Assembly (NCBI GenBank): GCA_951406725.2
Contig: OX597822.1
Location: forward strand, 86,056,001 to 86,120,000
Length of the DNA: 64,000 nt
DNA from: Octopus vulgaris
Lineage: Eukaryota
Direction: 5' to 3'
Part shown: positions 1 to 12,175 of the stretch, piece by piece
Position numbering within the stretch: position 1 is the first letter of the stretch
Layout of the letters: each line of letters opens with the position of its first letter
The notes under the pieces: model-generated
Databases searched by the model: none
Told to the model about the DNA's origin: nothing
The model's input: the letters and a program-made list of their open reading frames with translations, nothing else
Translations under genes and position numbers: made by a program

Positions 1-1713
1 CAGAAAAGTCAGCAAATTGCGTCAGTGGGTTCCTCACAAACTTTCCAAGTCTAATAACTCGCAGAGAATGAATATTTGCTCTTCTTTGTTGTCATATTTC
101 ATGAATGAACAATTTTGGGACTGATGACAAGAAATGAGTTCTCTACAAAAATGTCAAGCGCCGAAGACAGTGGGTAGGGAAAGGAGAAACACTGGCACCC
201 CAGGCTAAAGAAGGTCTTCAACCACATAAGGTATTGTTATCTGTTTGGTGAGATATGAAAGGTTTAGTTCACTTGGAACTTTTAAACCCAAACCAAATGA
301 TAACAATGGAGATCTACTGTGAGCAGCAGCTTGAGCAGTTTAAGTCAGTGCTAGAAGAAAAACTACCATCTTTGGTTTCAAGACAAAAGGTGTTCTTCCA
401 TCAGGATAATACTCGGTCACATACAGCGAGGATGACATTACAAAGGCTGGAGCAGTCTGAATGTGAAATGATGCCCAACCCACCATATTCGCTCGACATT
501 ATCATTTATTCTGCAGTCTTTTATCTGTTTGGTGAGATATGAAAGGTTTAGTTCACTTGGAACTTTTAAACCCAAACCAAATGATAACAATGGAGATCTA
601 CTGTGAGCAGCTTGAGCAGTTTAAGTCAGTGCTAGAAGAAAAACTACCATCTTTGGTTTCAAGACAAAAGGTAGTTCTTCCATCAGGATAATACTCGGTC
701 ACATACAGCGAGGATGACATTACAAAGGCTGGAGCAGTCTGAATGTGAAATGATGCCCAACCCACCATATTCGCTCGACATTATCATTTATTCTGCAGTC
801 TTCAAAATCATTTGGACGGAAAAAAATATGAATTCTGTAGATGAGGTCAAAACAGTACTAGAGGAGTATTTTTTGTCGTGGACAAGTGAATTTTGGAAAA
901 GGGTCCTTGCAAGTCAACCAGAGAGATGGAAGAGCATTGTAGAAAATGGAAGAGGGTATATTTTTGATTATTAAAGAACACCAAGGCAATGACTAGTGAC
1001 CAGGACCTTTGGAAATATGCTGTGCTTAAGAAGACTTGGCAAGCAAAGTGAGACCATAACCTCATGGCCTATGCCAAGGGTGTAACCAGCCCACTTATGC
1101 ATAACTTTGCTCTTCTTTGTTGTCATATTTCATGAATGAACAATTTTGGGACTGATGAGGCAAGTGAAATGAGTTCTCTACAAAAATGTCAAGCGCCGAA
1201 GACAGTGGGTAGGGAAAGGAGAAACACTGGCATCCCCAGGCTAAAGAAGGTCTTCAACCACATAAGGTATTGGCTATCTGTTTGGTGAGATATGAAAGGT
1301 TTAGTTCACTTCAAGCGTGATCGTTACCCAAACCAAATGATAACAATGGAGATCTGGTGGCACATGAAAACAGCAAGTGAGCAGTTTAAGTCAGTGCTAG
1401 AAGAAAAACTACCATCTTTGGTTTCAAGACAAAAGGTGTTCTTCCATTGCCAGGATACATACTGGCGGTCACATACAGCGAGGATGACATTACAAAGGCT
1501 GGAGCAGTCTGAATGTGAAATGATGCCCAACCCACCATATTCGCTCGACATTATCATTTATTCTGCAGTCTTCAAAATCATTTGGACGGAAAAAAATATG
1601 GAATTCTGTAGATGAGGTCAAAACAGTACTAGAGGAGGAGGAGGATTTGCTTATCTTAATTTTGAAAAATAAAAGAAGTATAAAAAAACTGCATTATTTA
1701 TGGAATGACCCAT
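1..1713 (+). mobile_element. Decayed mariner (DD34D) transposase region with internal duplications, ending in a 3' TIR
   Basis: Translations give mariner catalytic-region motifs: WVPH at the window start, FHQDN, MPNPPYSLD (from HPPYSPDLAP) and LPERW..VE..G.Y. There are stops and frameshifts. A TIR-like end, gcattatttatggaatgacccatta, lies at ~1691-1715. Segments 236-519/520-800 and ~77-865/1107-1635 are duplicated. Confidence 0.85.
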
Positions 1714-2139
1714 TAAAACTGAAATAGGAATGTTTTTTGTTCTAAACTAATAATATAAATTGAAATATAATTTTCTTATATAATTTCATGTAGATGGCAC
1801 AAGTCTATACAAATGTCTAAAAAGTGGCAAATACTAAGTAGAAAAGTATATGAAACCTGTGGATAATAAAGCAAAAATTAGCTTCAGTTTGATTAAAATA
1901 ATCTGGGTTTTTTTGTTTTGTTTTTGTTTTTTATCGGGAGATGCAATATCTAAGGACATTTCCAAAACAGCATTTGGTAAAAGATAGCACTGAACTTCAA
2001 AAGGTTGAGAAATACTGGTTTGAAACAATATTTTCATGTCTGTAGGAAAGCTTCACAAAAGTTACTTAACCTCTGACAACAAACTTCTTTAAGATAATGA
2101 AGATGATATTCATATGTATATCAGCATCTTCATTATTTT

Positions 2140-2535
2140 ATACCCGATTTTCCATGCTTTCCAGTATAGGACAGGCCTTTTCAAGTGACTTGTTTCTTTT
2201 TGCAGTTGTCATCTACATGAAATTTGTCTTCTTGACATCACTTTTCACTATTTCTTTCCATATATTTAGGTTTCTCTCATGCAAGTCCTCCCCATTTTGA
2301 TTGCTTGGTACATCTGTACTCATCTGTCATTTCCTTGTACTCTCCTGTTAACTGCTATACACATCACATGTCCATACCAACCAAGTATTCTCTCTCATTC
2401 ACTACATTCAAATTCTTTTATATCCAGTTTTTTTTTTTCTGTCGTTCATGCACAGTTTGAACTATCCATCCTGTAAAATATGTTCACCTCATTTCTTTCC
2501 ACCCTTCATATCTCTTCCACCTTCAACATCCATCT
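2140..2535 (-). mobile_element. RTE-type LINE 3' fragment (degenerate)
   Basis: Similar to the other RTE 3' pieces in the window, including the tail ttttccatgct and an RT C-terminal LRWYGHV-like motif on the - strand (cacatcacatgtccatacca). Confidence 0.5.
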
Positions 2536-2974
2536 AAATGTTAAATAGTTTGTGAGAGTTGCTGTGCATTGAGAAAGACAATAATCATGAGTGGCGTGTG
2601 TTTTAGCAGCTGTGTACCACCACTGGTAACCACTAGACAGATAATCCTCTATATAGATAATAATTTGTCAAAAGAAAAAGACACCCAAAAAGAAAATGAT
2701 AGTGATATTTTGCATCTACTCGAAATTCAAATGGTCAGTTCTTTGTTGACATCATCAATCATTGAGCGAATCACATTCATGTTACTTATTTGTTCTTTAC
2801 ATTTGAATATAGCAATTTCTACCAGAGATTTGATTGTTCAGTTGTTTGCTGATGTCTTCAACCTCTAAAAATCCTGATAGTGTATTTACATGTGAACGCA
2901 GTGATCTAGGTTTTTGATTCCTTGGCAGGGATTTGGTGTTTGGGATCTGCCAATATTCCTGCTACACATATATA

Positions 2975-3010
<36 letters not shown>

Positions 3011-3230
3011 TTAATATCCATTATCTATGCTAGCACAGGTTGGATAGTTTGTCAAGAGTTGACAAGCTGGAGGGCTATGTCAAATGTTATTGTCTGTTTT
3101 GGCATGGTTTTTATGACTGGACACTTTTCTTAACACCAACAACTTCACAAAGTGTACTGGATGCTTTTTGCACAGCATCAACACCAGTGGGGTTACCAAG
3201 AAACTTGCAGGACAAGACAATGTCCCCTTG
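2975..3230 (-). mobile_element. Abundant RTE-tail/SINE-like repeat ending in (ATG)n. Further copies at ~9560, 16980-17290, 20170, 21530-21900, 25230, 32085, 33050, 33965, 35350, 38360, 39915, 49585-49950, 58095, 61560, 63570
   Basis: Recurrent block (cat)n-tttaaygtccrttttccatgctrgcatggg...ggatgcccttcctaaygccaaccactttacagagtg. At 33050-33430 it is contiguous with RTE RT C-terminal coding sequence (GRSRKTWDEV). Confidence 0.8.
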
Positions 3231-3723
3231 ACAGAGTGTGTGGAGTTGTATGGAAGGAGGTGGTTGGTTTTGTGCCAGTTGATGGAAGATTAAAAGAATA
3301 ATAGAAGGATAGAGATAGGTGTCTTGCTGTAAAGGAGATATAAGGATTTCCCAGTTGGAGGAGAAAGGAAAGAAAAAGAGACTTAGAGACAAAGATAGAG
3401 ATGGAGAGAGAGAATGGTGGATATGTGTCAGAACATGCCCTTAAAGTAGAGTGGAAATGAATATACCCGAAATGATACATAGGATTCAACTGGGTGACTG
3501 GGCTGACATGCCTAAATAGACACACCTGATTACAAAGTTCTACATGCATTATGAAATTCTAAGCAGTAACACTACTCCAAATTTAATCAATTAAAATCTC
3601 CCATAATATCTGTCCATCAGAACCTACCCTACAACCTAATTATCATTCAAAAGAGCTCCATCTAATCCAGAATAATTCAACTTTCCTGAGAGTATATAAA
3701 GTCAAGATGAACTCGAATGTACC

Positions 3724-3766
3724 ACAGTCCAATGAAGGCTAAGCAGGCCAAAATTTCAGTCACTGT
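3724..3766 (+). ncRNA. Degenerate minimal hammerhead-like motif in a PLE pLTR-like element
   Basis: acagt-CCAATGA-A-ggct aagc aggcc-AAAA-tttcag-TC-actgt. Stem I (acagt/actgt) is intact and the core is mutated. A TA/TG microsatellite follows within ~30 nt. Confidence 0.45.
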
Positions 3767-4058
3767 CAACACTATTCTTGTTATGGAATAATATATATGT
3801 GTGTGTATCTGTATGTATGTATATATAGGTTAGTTTGCCCTCCACAGAGGGACCTGCACAAGTAACAATACACAACACACTACCAGACAATTATTAACAG
3901 TAAGTTTACATATATTCAGTGTGACCCTACTCTACTCTTTCTTTCTTTCTCTCTTTCTTTCTTACCTTTGTCCGCTCTGTCTTGCCCTCTTACATGTATT
4001 TGTAGCCTTTCTCCTTTCCCCCTTCCTTTCTTCCCTTATTTTCTCTCTATCTTCTCTG

Positions 4059-4061
<3 letters not shown>

Positions 4062-4132
<71 letters not shown>
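4062..4132. repeat. (CT)n microsatellite
   Basis: Seen directly. Confidence 0.98.
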
Positions 4133-4137
<5 letters not shown>

Positions 4138-4572
4138 GTCTCCTCCACCTGCCGCTGACCCATGGCCAGTTTCCCTTCATTCTCTCTTTCTTACTGGCCT
4201 CCAAGTGGTTTGGTCACAAAAAATCTTTCTCTGTCTTTCTCTGTTGTCTATATCTTTCAAGATTTCTTCGAAGTGTTACCTACCACTGATGCCTTTTGGC
4301 TGCAAGACCATAATTTTACTTGTTTCATCTTTGTCCATCGTCTTAAATTACATATTTTTTAACTTTCATATGTCCACTTTGTGTTGTTTTGTTTTGCTTG
4401 CTTAAGACCTGATTCTCTGCATCTTTGCAGGCACCTCCAAAATGGGAAGCCTCCTCAGTCTTATCAATAAGGGTGCAAAACTGAGTTTTACCATTCTGGT
4501 GAAGAATTACAGAGCCTATGTGTCTTATATGTATACATTTTTTACGTATTGTTTATTTACAATGCATTTTTC

Positions 4573-5230
<658 letters not shown>

Positions 5231-5380
5231 ATGTGTGCTTATAAACATAATATAAAAGAATATATATGTGTGGGGTGGGGCATGTGCTCACAGTGCTGAG
5301 TTACTTCCCCCCACCACCACCACCACCACTGCCATCATTAAATGTTTCATTGTTATTCTTAAACTTGTTTTAAAATTTTG

Positions 5381-5600
5381 GTTTCAAATTTTGGCACAAA
5401 GCCAGCAATTTTTGAGGGGAGGAGTAAGTCAGCTACATTGACACCCAATACTCAACTGGTACTTATTTATATTTTATCAACCCTGAAAGAATGAAAGGCA
5501 AAGTAGATCTCAACAGAATTCAAACTCAGAATGTTAAGACAGATGAAATGCCGTCAAGCATTTTGCCTGGTGTGTTAATGGTTCTGCCAGCTCACCACCT
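5381..5600 (-). mobile_element. tRNA-derived SINE family B. Further copies at 15985, 31000, 37746, 44310-45850, 48975, 53545, 61240
   Basis: Shared sequence gagctggcagaa..ttagca..ttctgagttcaaattcc..gactttgcctttcatcctttc..gataaa..aagtaccagtt, with a B-box-like gagttcaaattcc. Confidence 0.8.
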
Positions 5601-5817
5601 CAACTTGCCTTAAAATAATAGCCTCAATTCAACAGTCACGCACACACACATACACACACACATACATACATATATGGTAGGTGTTGCTATTGAGAGTTAC
5701 AATGAGAAGTGCTCTAGAAATAACAGCAAACTTGTCTTGAGATTAACCAAAAGAAATGAATTCTTATAAATGTTACCATGTTAAAATTTATGTCTTCTTC
5801 TTCTTCTTCTCTTCAGA

Positions 5818-6138
5818 ATGATTTCCTACAGTCTTTACTTTGTGTTACTGGTGTCTTTTCATTATGGTGCTGCAAAATATGAACAACAAACCGAAATCCT
5901 GAAATCCATTCCCGAATGCATCAGGAATTATGAATTCCCAAATCAAGCGATTCAAAGACGACATGCCGATACAAAGGCAGAATGTGCCTATGTCTGCATG
6001 AACCATGATCTCTGCATGTCTATTAACTTTTGCCTTCATGGAAACCGCAAAGGTGGTCGTTGCACATTGAACCAATGGAGAGCAAACGGGGAATGTTCAC
6101 TCTTGAAACAAAAACCCAACTGTACCTACTTTGAAATG
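5818..6138 (+). CDS. Secreted PAN-EGF-fibrinogen-related protein, coding exon 1 (signal peptide plus PAN/apple domain)
   Basis: The ATG follows a polypyrimidine tract and cag acceptor (exon starts at 5817, so a 5' UTR exon lies upstream). The N-terminus MISYSLYFVLLVSFHYGAA is hydrophobic. The PAN pattern reads ECAYVCMNHDLCMSINF...RCTLN...CTYFE. A phase-0 GTAAGT donor starts at 6139. Confidence 0.9.
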
Positions 6139-6380
6139 GTAAGTGGAGTTAAATTCTTGCATTTATTTGAAAGTAAAAACAATAAGTGATTGCTTAAAAG
6201 TCTGATTGACTATTGATTATATATTGTTTGTGATCACTGATAGAGAAACAGTCAATCACCAAGGATGGCTCTAACATTCTTTCTATATCAGGAATAACCC
6301 TTTGCCATTCTTCCCATGTCACAAAATCCCAACTCTCTCCATTCTACATGCCTGTAATATTGATTTTATTTCTTTGACAG

Positions 6381-6480
6381 AAAGGGCCCAACCCATGCAA
6401 AAATGGGGGAGACTGGGTTCGAACTCGATGTATTTGTCGTGATGGTTTTACCGGAGAGTTCTGTGACAGACGCTTTAAAG
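6381..6480 (+). CDS. PAN-EGF-FReD protein, exon 2 (EGF-like domain)
   Basis: Acceptor tttctttgacag. Translates KGPNPCKNGGDWVRTRCICRDGFTGEFCDRRFK. A phase-1 donor GTAAAC starts at 6481. Too short to appear in the ORF track. Confidence 0.9.
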
Positions 6481-8861
6481 GTAAACAGACTAAGTTAAAA
6501 TAACCTTTTTTACTCAATAAAAATGTCTGGAATAAGCTGAAAAATTGCCATTTTCTATAAAATATTTTATAATTCTAATAAATTTCCTTTTCTCTAAGCG
6601 GCCATCTTGCTGAAAAAATCTTTTTATTAAATATATTCTATCAAACAATAAATTTCTCTGCCAATATACATGTATAACCAATTCTTGTTGATGGGTAAAA
6701 CTTCTGCTGTTCTCAGTAGATACCACACAGATACCATCATCAAACTGTCTTCTTCAATTCCTCATTATCATCATCATAATCAAGAACACCATTATTATAA
6801 GACAGTAGCAAAGATGTATTTCAGCTTTTCATACTATTCCAATTCATAAGGCAAGATATTGGTAGGAGCAGCATAGTACCAAAACTGTCTTTTAGCTCTC
6901 TACATTCTGAATTGAAAATCTTTTAGCGCTAACTTTGTTTTCCATCCTTTATTATTTGATCAAATAAACACCCTTTATGCATTGCTATGTACAAATCCCA
7001 TCCATTATTTGGAGTCTCTTCATGTTAATGTAAGAAACTATTGTTTCCATTCACAAATTTAATCATTTCTATATTTCTTAATCTGTTTCAAAATCTTGAC
7101 ATTAGCAGAGATCAAGAGGTCTTGGAGAAAAGGAGTGGGGAAACTAATTATAGACAGTGGAACTTTGTTTATGAATGCCTCTCATCAAAAATAAATTGTT
7201 TAACGAACAATTTTTTAACATAAATTATCTCAAGTAACAAACAGTGTTTCAGATAAAGAAACCACAAGCCTGCAACGATGGCTGGCAATAGGCTGGAAGT
7301 AACATCACACTGTAATACCACACTCTTAAACCAGTTGAGCTGACTCTGTGAACTACTTTAATATATACATTCACTCTGCAATACTGTACAAGCCAAATCA
7401 CCCAAAGCAAATCTCCTGCCAACTTGAAAAATAAGTCGTAAATCTCTCAAGACAGGATGTCCTTTATATTGTGAAATGGTTATTGCTTGATGCTGCTTCC
7501 AATCCATATTTACACCTGTAGCCAATGTATTATGTCTGTAGTTTTATTACATTCTCTCTTTCTCCCTCTCTCTTCTCTCCTCTTTCCACATGTGCTGCAC
7601 CTACAGGTGTCAGCAATCAGGGACATCCATGCCAAAGTCTGAAGATTCAGGAGCTTTTTTTTGAAAAGCACAGCAATGGTTCCTCATTGCTTTTACCAGT
7701 TTATTTCTGTTAACTTTACTAGTCTTCTGCTCTCTTGAGATTACCCATAAGGCATTGGGTCTATTTAAAAGAAGGAATTGGTTCATGTGACATCAGATGC
7801 ATACACCAATGTCTATTGGCCAACCCTCCATAAAATCCTGTATGTCAAACTCACAGTTCACTCTTCTGCTATTTGACCTATAACTAAGGCCCTCAACAGG
7901 TACCACTCCCTGATAACCTGCAAGTTGTAGTAACCAAGGACAAACTCTATATTCCTCTAAGCTTCTGAACTTCCAAGCTGGATCCTCACCACTGGATACA
8001 GTTTGATGTTTTGCCAAGATGACACTCTTCACTTTCCTAATAATCTTCTTGTACATGTCACTAGACAGAAAAAACAGCTCAATTTAAGGCACTAAACTAT
8101 TACCAAAAGATAAAATCTTCCAACTGACGTTGCATTTTGTGACATTAGACAAGACTCTTTACTCTACTTGCCTCAGCAAACCAATCTGTATCAAGTTCAG
8201 TGATTGATGAGATAATGGATGAAGAAGGACCATAAAGTCTGTAAAGTCATCCTTAAATACAGCAAAAGACTTCAAATAACCAACAGCCAACTGGATATTA
8301 AGTAAATCTTTAGGATAATAAATCAATAGGTTATTGAACTAGATTATTGGTGGTTCACATTCTGATCCAAGTGGTACCATTTCCGTAACCCCAGGTCTTC
8401 AATCTCATCAGCCCAGGCCCCTACTATAAATATGTGCAATGGCTAAATGCAGTTCACTGATCTAAGGGAATCAATAAAACAAACACCACCATAGTGTATT
8501 GTTTCTCTCTCTAAGAGATCCTGGAGTTGGCCAGAGAAACAGCAGAAAGTTCTTTTACAGTGGCACCTAAAAAATAGCCAAAGCAATGTAAATTTGAGGA
8601 TTGATTTTATTGGGTTGGAATTTCAAGGTCAGGTTCTTCCAAAGATCATCATCATCACCATTGTCTTCCAAAGATCATCATCATCACCATTGTCATCCCT
8701 GCAACCACTTTCATCACCCCTTCCCCTCAAACTGGCACCATCATCTGCATCCTTAAGTAAATAGGAAGAAATATGTCATATATTTGCTTTGTACTTTTTG
8801 GTTTTTTTGAGGTGTGGGACTTGCCTGAACCTTGTACTGTTTGAATTGAAATTTCTTGCAG

Positions 8862-9115
8862 ATTGTCGAGAAGTCTACCTAAATGGTGCTCATGAAGATG
8901 GAATGTATGAAATTCAACCAATAGCTATGGATAAAACAGTGAAAGTCTATTGCGAAATGTCACTTGGTGGATACATGCTCTTCCAAAAGAGAACTGACAA
9001 GACTTGTGAAAGGGAAGATTTCTTCCGTGGATGGCAAGATTACCAACTTGGTTTTGGTGATAAAGACTGTGATTATTGGTTAGGTAATGACTTGCTCCAT
9101 GCCATCACAAGCCAA
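8862..9115 (+). CDS. PAN-EGF-FReD protein, exon 3 (fibrinogen C-terminal domain, N-half)
   Basis: Acceptor ttcttgcag, with phase matching exon 2 (G|AT=Asp). DCREVYLNG..DGMYEIQP..VYCEM..GGYMLFQKR..DFFRGWQDYQLGFG..YWLGNDLLHAIT is a canonical FReD sequence. A GTAAG donor starts at 9116. Confidence 0.95.
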
Positions 9116-9282
9116 GTAAGGACTTAAAGCTTTGTTTTCTTCAGATGTATTATCAAAACAGTCTAGCTAGAGACTCTTTTAGTTGCAGATGTTCTTGTGT
9201 GTGAGATTCTCTAGCTGAGTGGCCAAAGTGAATTGATTGGTACCGAGGTCATCTGAAAGGGATATGGATCTATAATTGACCA

Positions 9283-9507
9283 CAGAGTTGTTTCTATGGT
9301 TGCTTGTTTGAGATTCTCGACCAATGTTTTTCAACCCTTTAATATCCAGGTCAGATCCAAAACCTGGATGTTTTTTACCAAAAAAGTAAAACAAAAGTCA
9401 ATCAAAGAAAAATTTATCATGTTTATTGAGGGAAGGCCATCAAGGGCTGCTGGAAGGATGCTTGAGGGCCGCATATGACTCTGGGAGCTACAGTTGAGAA
9501 CCGCTGT
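9283..9507. mobile_element. Short non-autonomous hAT-like DNA element (degenerate)
   Basis: The right end gggccgcat...cagttgagaaccgctg resembles a hAT/Charlie-type terminus (reverse complement cagcggttctcaa). Confidence 0.4.
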
Positions 9508-10829
9508 TCTAGAATATTAGACCTTACCAAAACTCTGAAGGATCATCATTAGATCATCCCTATCATCATCATCATCATTTAATGTCCGTTTTTCCTTGCT
9601 GACATGGGTTGGACGGTTTGACAGTAGCCAGAGAACTGCTCCAAGCTCCAAAGTCTGCTTTGGTTGGTTTCTATGGTTCGATGCCCTTCCTAATGCTGAC
9701 CACTTGTATTGTGTTGCTATACTAACTTGATAACAGGGTAGCGGTTTTACCTATGGATGGTACAGAATATTATTTTAGCAACAGCATCATGCCACATTGG
9801 GAAGTGGTAGCTTGGTCACATTTTGAGGCAGATTCTAAATGGAATTAGCATCTGCCATTTCAATAGAAATGTGACATAACTGACATTTTTGGTAACATTT
9901 TGAAGACTTTAAGACATCACTATCTTTATTTATTAGAGTAGCTTGTAGCTATCCCCTATTCTTGGCTTAAAATGCATAACCTTTGAAATGTGTTGGATCA
10001 GCCAGAATTGAAGAGGTTACACTTATTCTTAATAGCCTTGAGTTTATAATGATTATGCATGGGTGAGCAAAGCCATGCATAACCTTTTTAACTCAATAAA
10101 TAGTAGGTTTTCTCTTGTAGGTCTTTGCTGAGTACACTAGCCCAGTAATTTTGGGGTCATGTAGAAAATCGTTGGGAAGTGAATACGTTTTGAGGAGTTC
10201 TCTGTCAACACATGAAACGTTATCCTCTTCACTTTTAAATATTTGGTTGATGTATATATTAGTAGACGCTGTCTGTATAATGTCACATGACACTCAAAGG
10301 TTGTTTGCTCCAATCATAAGTCTCTTCATGTCACTTTTCTTTTCAGATCAGAGCCTGTCAATATTGCTGTTTCTTTCTGAGCAATGTTAGCGTATTGCAG
10401 ATTTTAATATCTGTAGAATAGATGTTCTCTAGAGACCAATCAAGTATATGGTCATGGAACAGAGTTCCATGAAAGCCCTCATAATAGGGAGGAGGGACTA
10501 CAGTTTAAAAGTGAAAAACAAAGCACAACAGATTTTCATATTCAATAGCAAACAATGGCCACTGTATAAGTATGTGTGCATGCACATTGTTTATGGATTG
10601 AATTTGCTGCACAAAAAAAGATTGTTTCTCTTTTTGTCTGTTATGTACAACCATGTATATATGCATCATGCATCAATATATATTTGTGTGTGTGTGCGTG
10701 TGTGTGTGTATGAATCAATATGTTTGTGTGTATGTGTATATGTTGTATATGTTGTTTTCACATAGATGTCAGTGACATGTGATGTAAATGTATTGAAGAA
10801 TCACTGATGATATTCATTTTATTTGCCAG

Positions 10830-11222
10830 GACAAATACGACCTTGTGATCAAAGCTGGAGACTTTGAAATTATATACACTCATTTCACTGTTTCTTCTGA
10901 AGAAGATCTCTTTCGAATGAACTTCGAAGATTTCAAACCTAAAGACAGCAGTTTGAGTAATGGATTCCAACCTGAAGACGAGAAGCAAGACCTCAGGGGA
11001 CAACCGTTTGCAACTCCTGACAAAGATGAATATGGCTGTGCCCTCGATTCCCGTTCAGCTTGGTGGTTCGGGCCTGGATGTGCTTCTGTCAATTTGAATC
11101 TACCCATGGGAACTTTCAAGGAGTTCTACCCACTTTCTAAACCAGTTGGATGGTCATCTAATGGCTTGTTTATAGAAGTGACACATACAACAATGTCCCT
11201 CAAAGCTTCGGATTCAGAGTGA
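10830..11222 (+). CDS. PAN-EGF-FReD protein, exon 4 (fibrinogen C-terminal domain, C-half, stop)
   Basis: Acceptor tttatttgccag. Translates DKYDLVIK..YTHFTVSSEEDLFRM..GQPFATPDKD..CA..SAWWF..CASVNLN..TTMSLK, with TGA at 11220-11222. The spliced CDS is 321+100+254+393=1068 nt (355 aa) and fully open. Confidence 0.93.
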   Translation, partial: DKYDLVIKAGDFEIIYTHFTVSSEEDLFRMNFEDFKPKDSSLSNGFQPEDEKQDLRGQPFATPDKDEYGCALDSRSAWWFGPGCASVNLNLPMGTFKEFYPLSKPVGWSSNGLFIEVTHTTMSLKASDSE

Positions 11223-11425
11223 TGTTGCAATAATCAATGATATTCAGTGAAAGTTAATCTCTTTGCCACCAACACACAAACGCAATAAAGGTACAAACAA
11301 TTAAAACAACCAACAAACATTTCAGACACAAGATCACAGATCCATTTAGCTAAAATCTTTACTTCTAAAGTGTAAATACTAAACTTACTGAAATATCTTC
11401 TTAGATTAAATGAATCAAAGACAAA

Positions 11426-11431
11426 AATAAA
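11426..11431 (+). terminator. Candidate polyadenylation signal of the FReD gene (alternative AATAAA at 11284-11289)
   Basis: AATAAA ~200 nt after the stop, followed by GT/T-rich sequence. Confidence 0.45.
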
Positions 11432-11720
11432 TTTTAAAAAAGTTGTTGAAATTTTTGGTTCTATTTGTTTTTATTTTTATTTTTTTATATTTTCATCAAA
11501 AGGACATTCATGGCTGATCAGGTCTTAAGTTCAAATCTCATCAAGGGTCTATGCTGTATTTTCCTTAAAATATATATCAAATGTATTAAAAGTTTAATAA
11601 AAGATAATGAGTAAAACACTACGATCGTTTCATGGCTGTTGTTGAAATTTTTGGTTCTCATCAAAAGGACATTCATGGCTGATCAGGTCTTTCATGTACA
11701 AATCTCTCTCTCTCTCTCTC

Positions 11721-12175
11721 TTATATTAAATTAGAGATAAAACCACTATTAGGTAAATCAAACAATGAAAAACTTAAGCCAATACATAAAATTAATTAAT
11801 TTATATTATTTAAAATATATATCAAATGTATTAAAAGTTTAATAAAAGATAATGAGTAAAACACTACGATCGTTTCATGGCTGTTCAATTCGTAATAATT
11901 CGAGTTATGGTTACAGTCAATCTTCAGGTAAGTGAAATATTTATCTTAGCAAGGTTTAGCAATGAACTAAATACTTTTAATACTTTTGATATATATTTAA
12001 AATAATATTAATTAATTAATTTTATGTATTGGCTTAAGTTTTTCATTGTTTGATTTGACTAATAGTGGTTTTATCTCTAATTTAATATAATGTAATATTT
12101 TACTATAAAATTGGATTCAATCCTAAATCTGATTTTTCCCTGTAAGTTTGGATTTATTCCATAATATTTTATTAT
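11721..12175. mobile_element. PLE pLTR-like element: ~118-bp inverted repeat (11721-11838 / 11973-12090) enclosing a hammerhead motif
   Basis: The arms are near-perfect reverse complements. The - strand of the spacer (11862-11934) reads cacuuac-CUGAAGA-u-ugacugu...acagcca-u-GAAAC-GAUC-GUA-gug. It is bounded by (CT)n and (TA)n. Confidence 0.65.

Noticed and set aside
4403-4473. taagac-CTGA...gtctta possible hammerhead stem I
   Set aside because: The core boxes are too degenerate on either strand to call.
8635-8692. 29-bp direct repeat x2 (tcttccaaagatcatcatcatcaccattg)
   Set aside because: It is a simple local slippage duplication with no spacers, and is not CRISPR-like.
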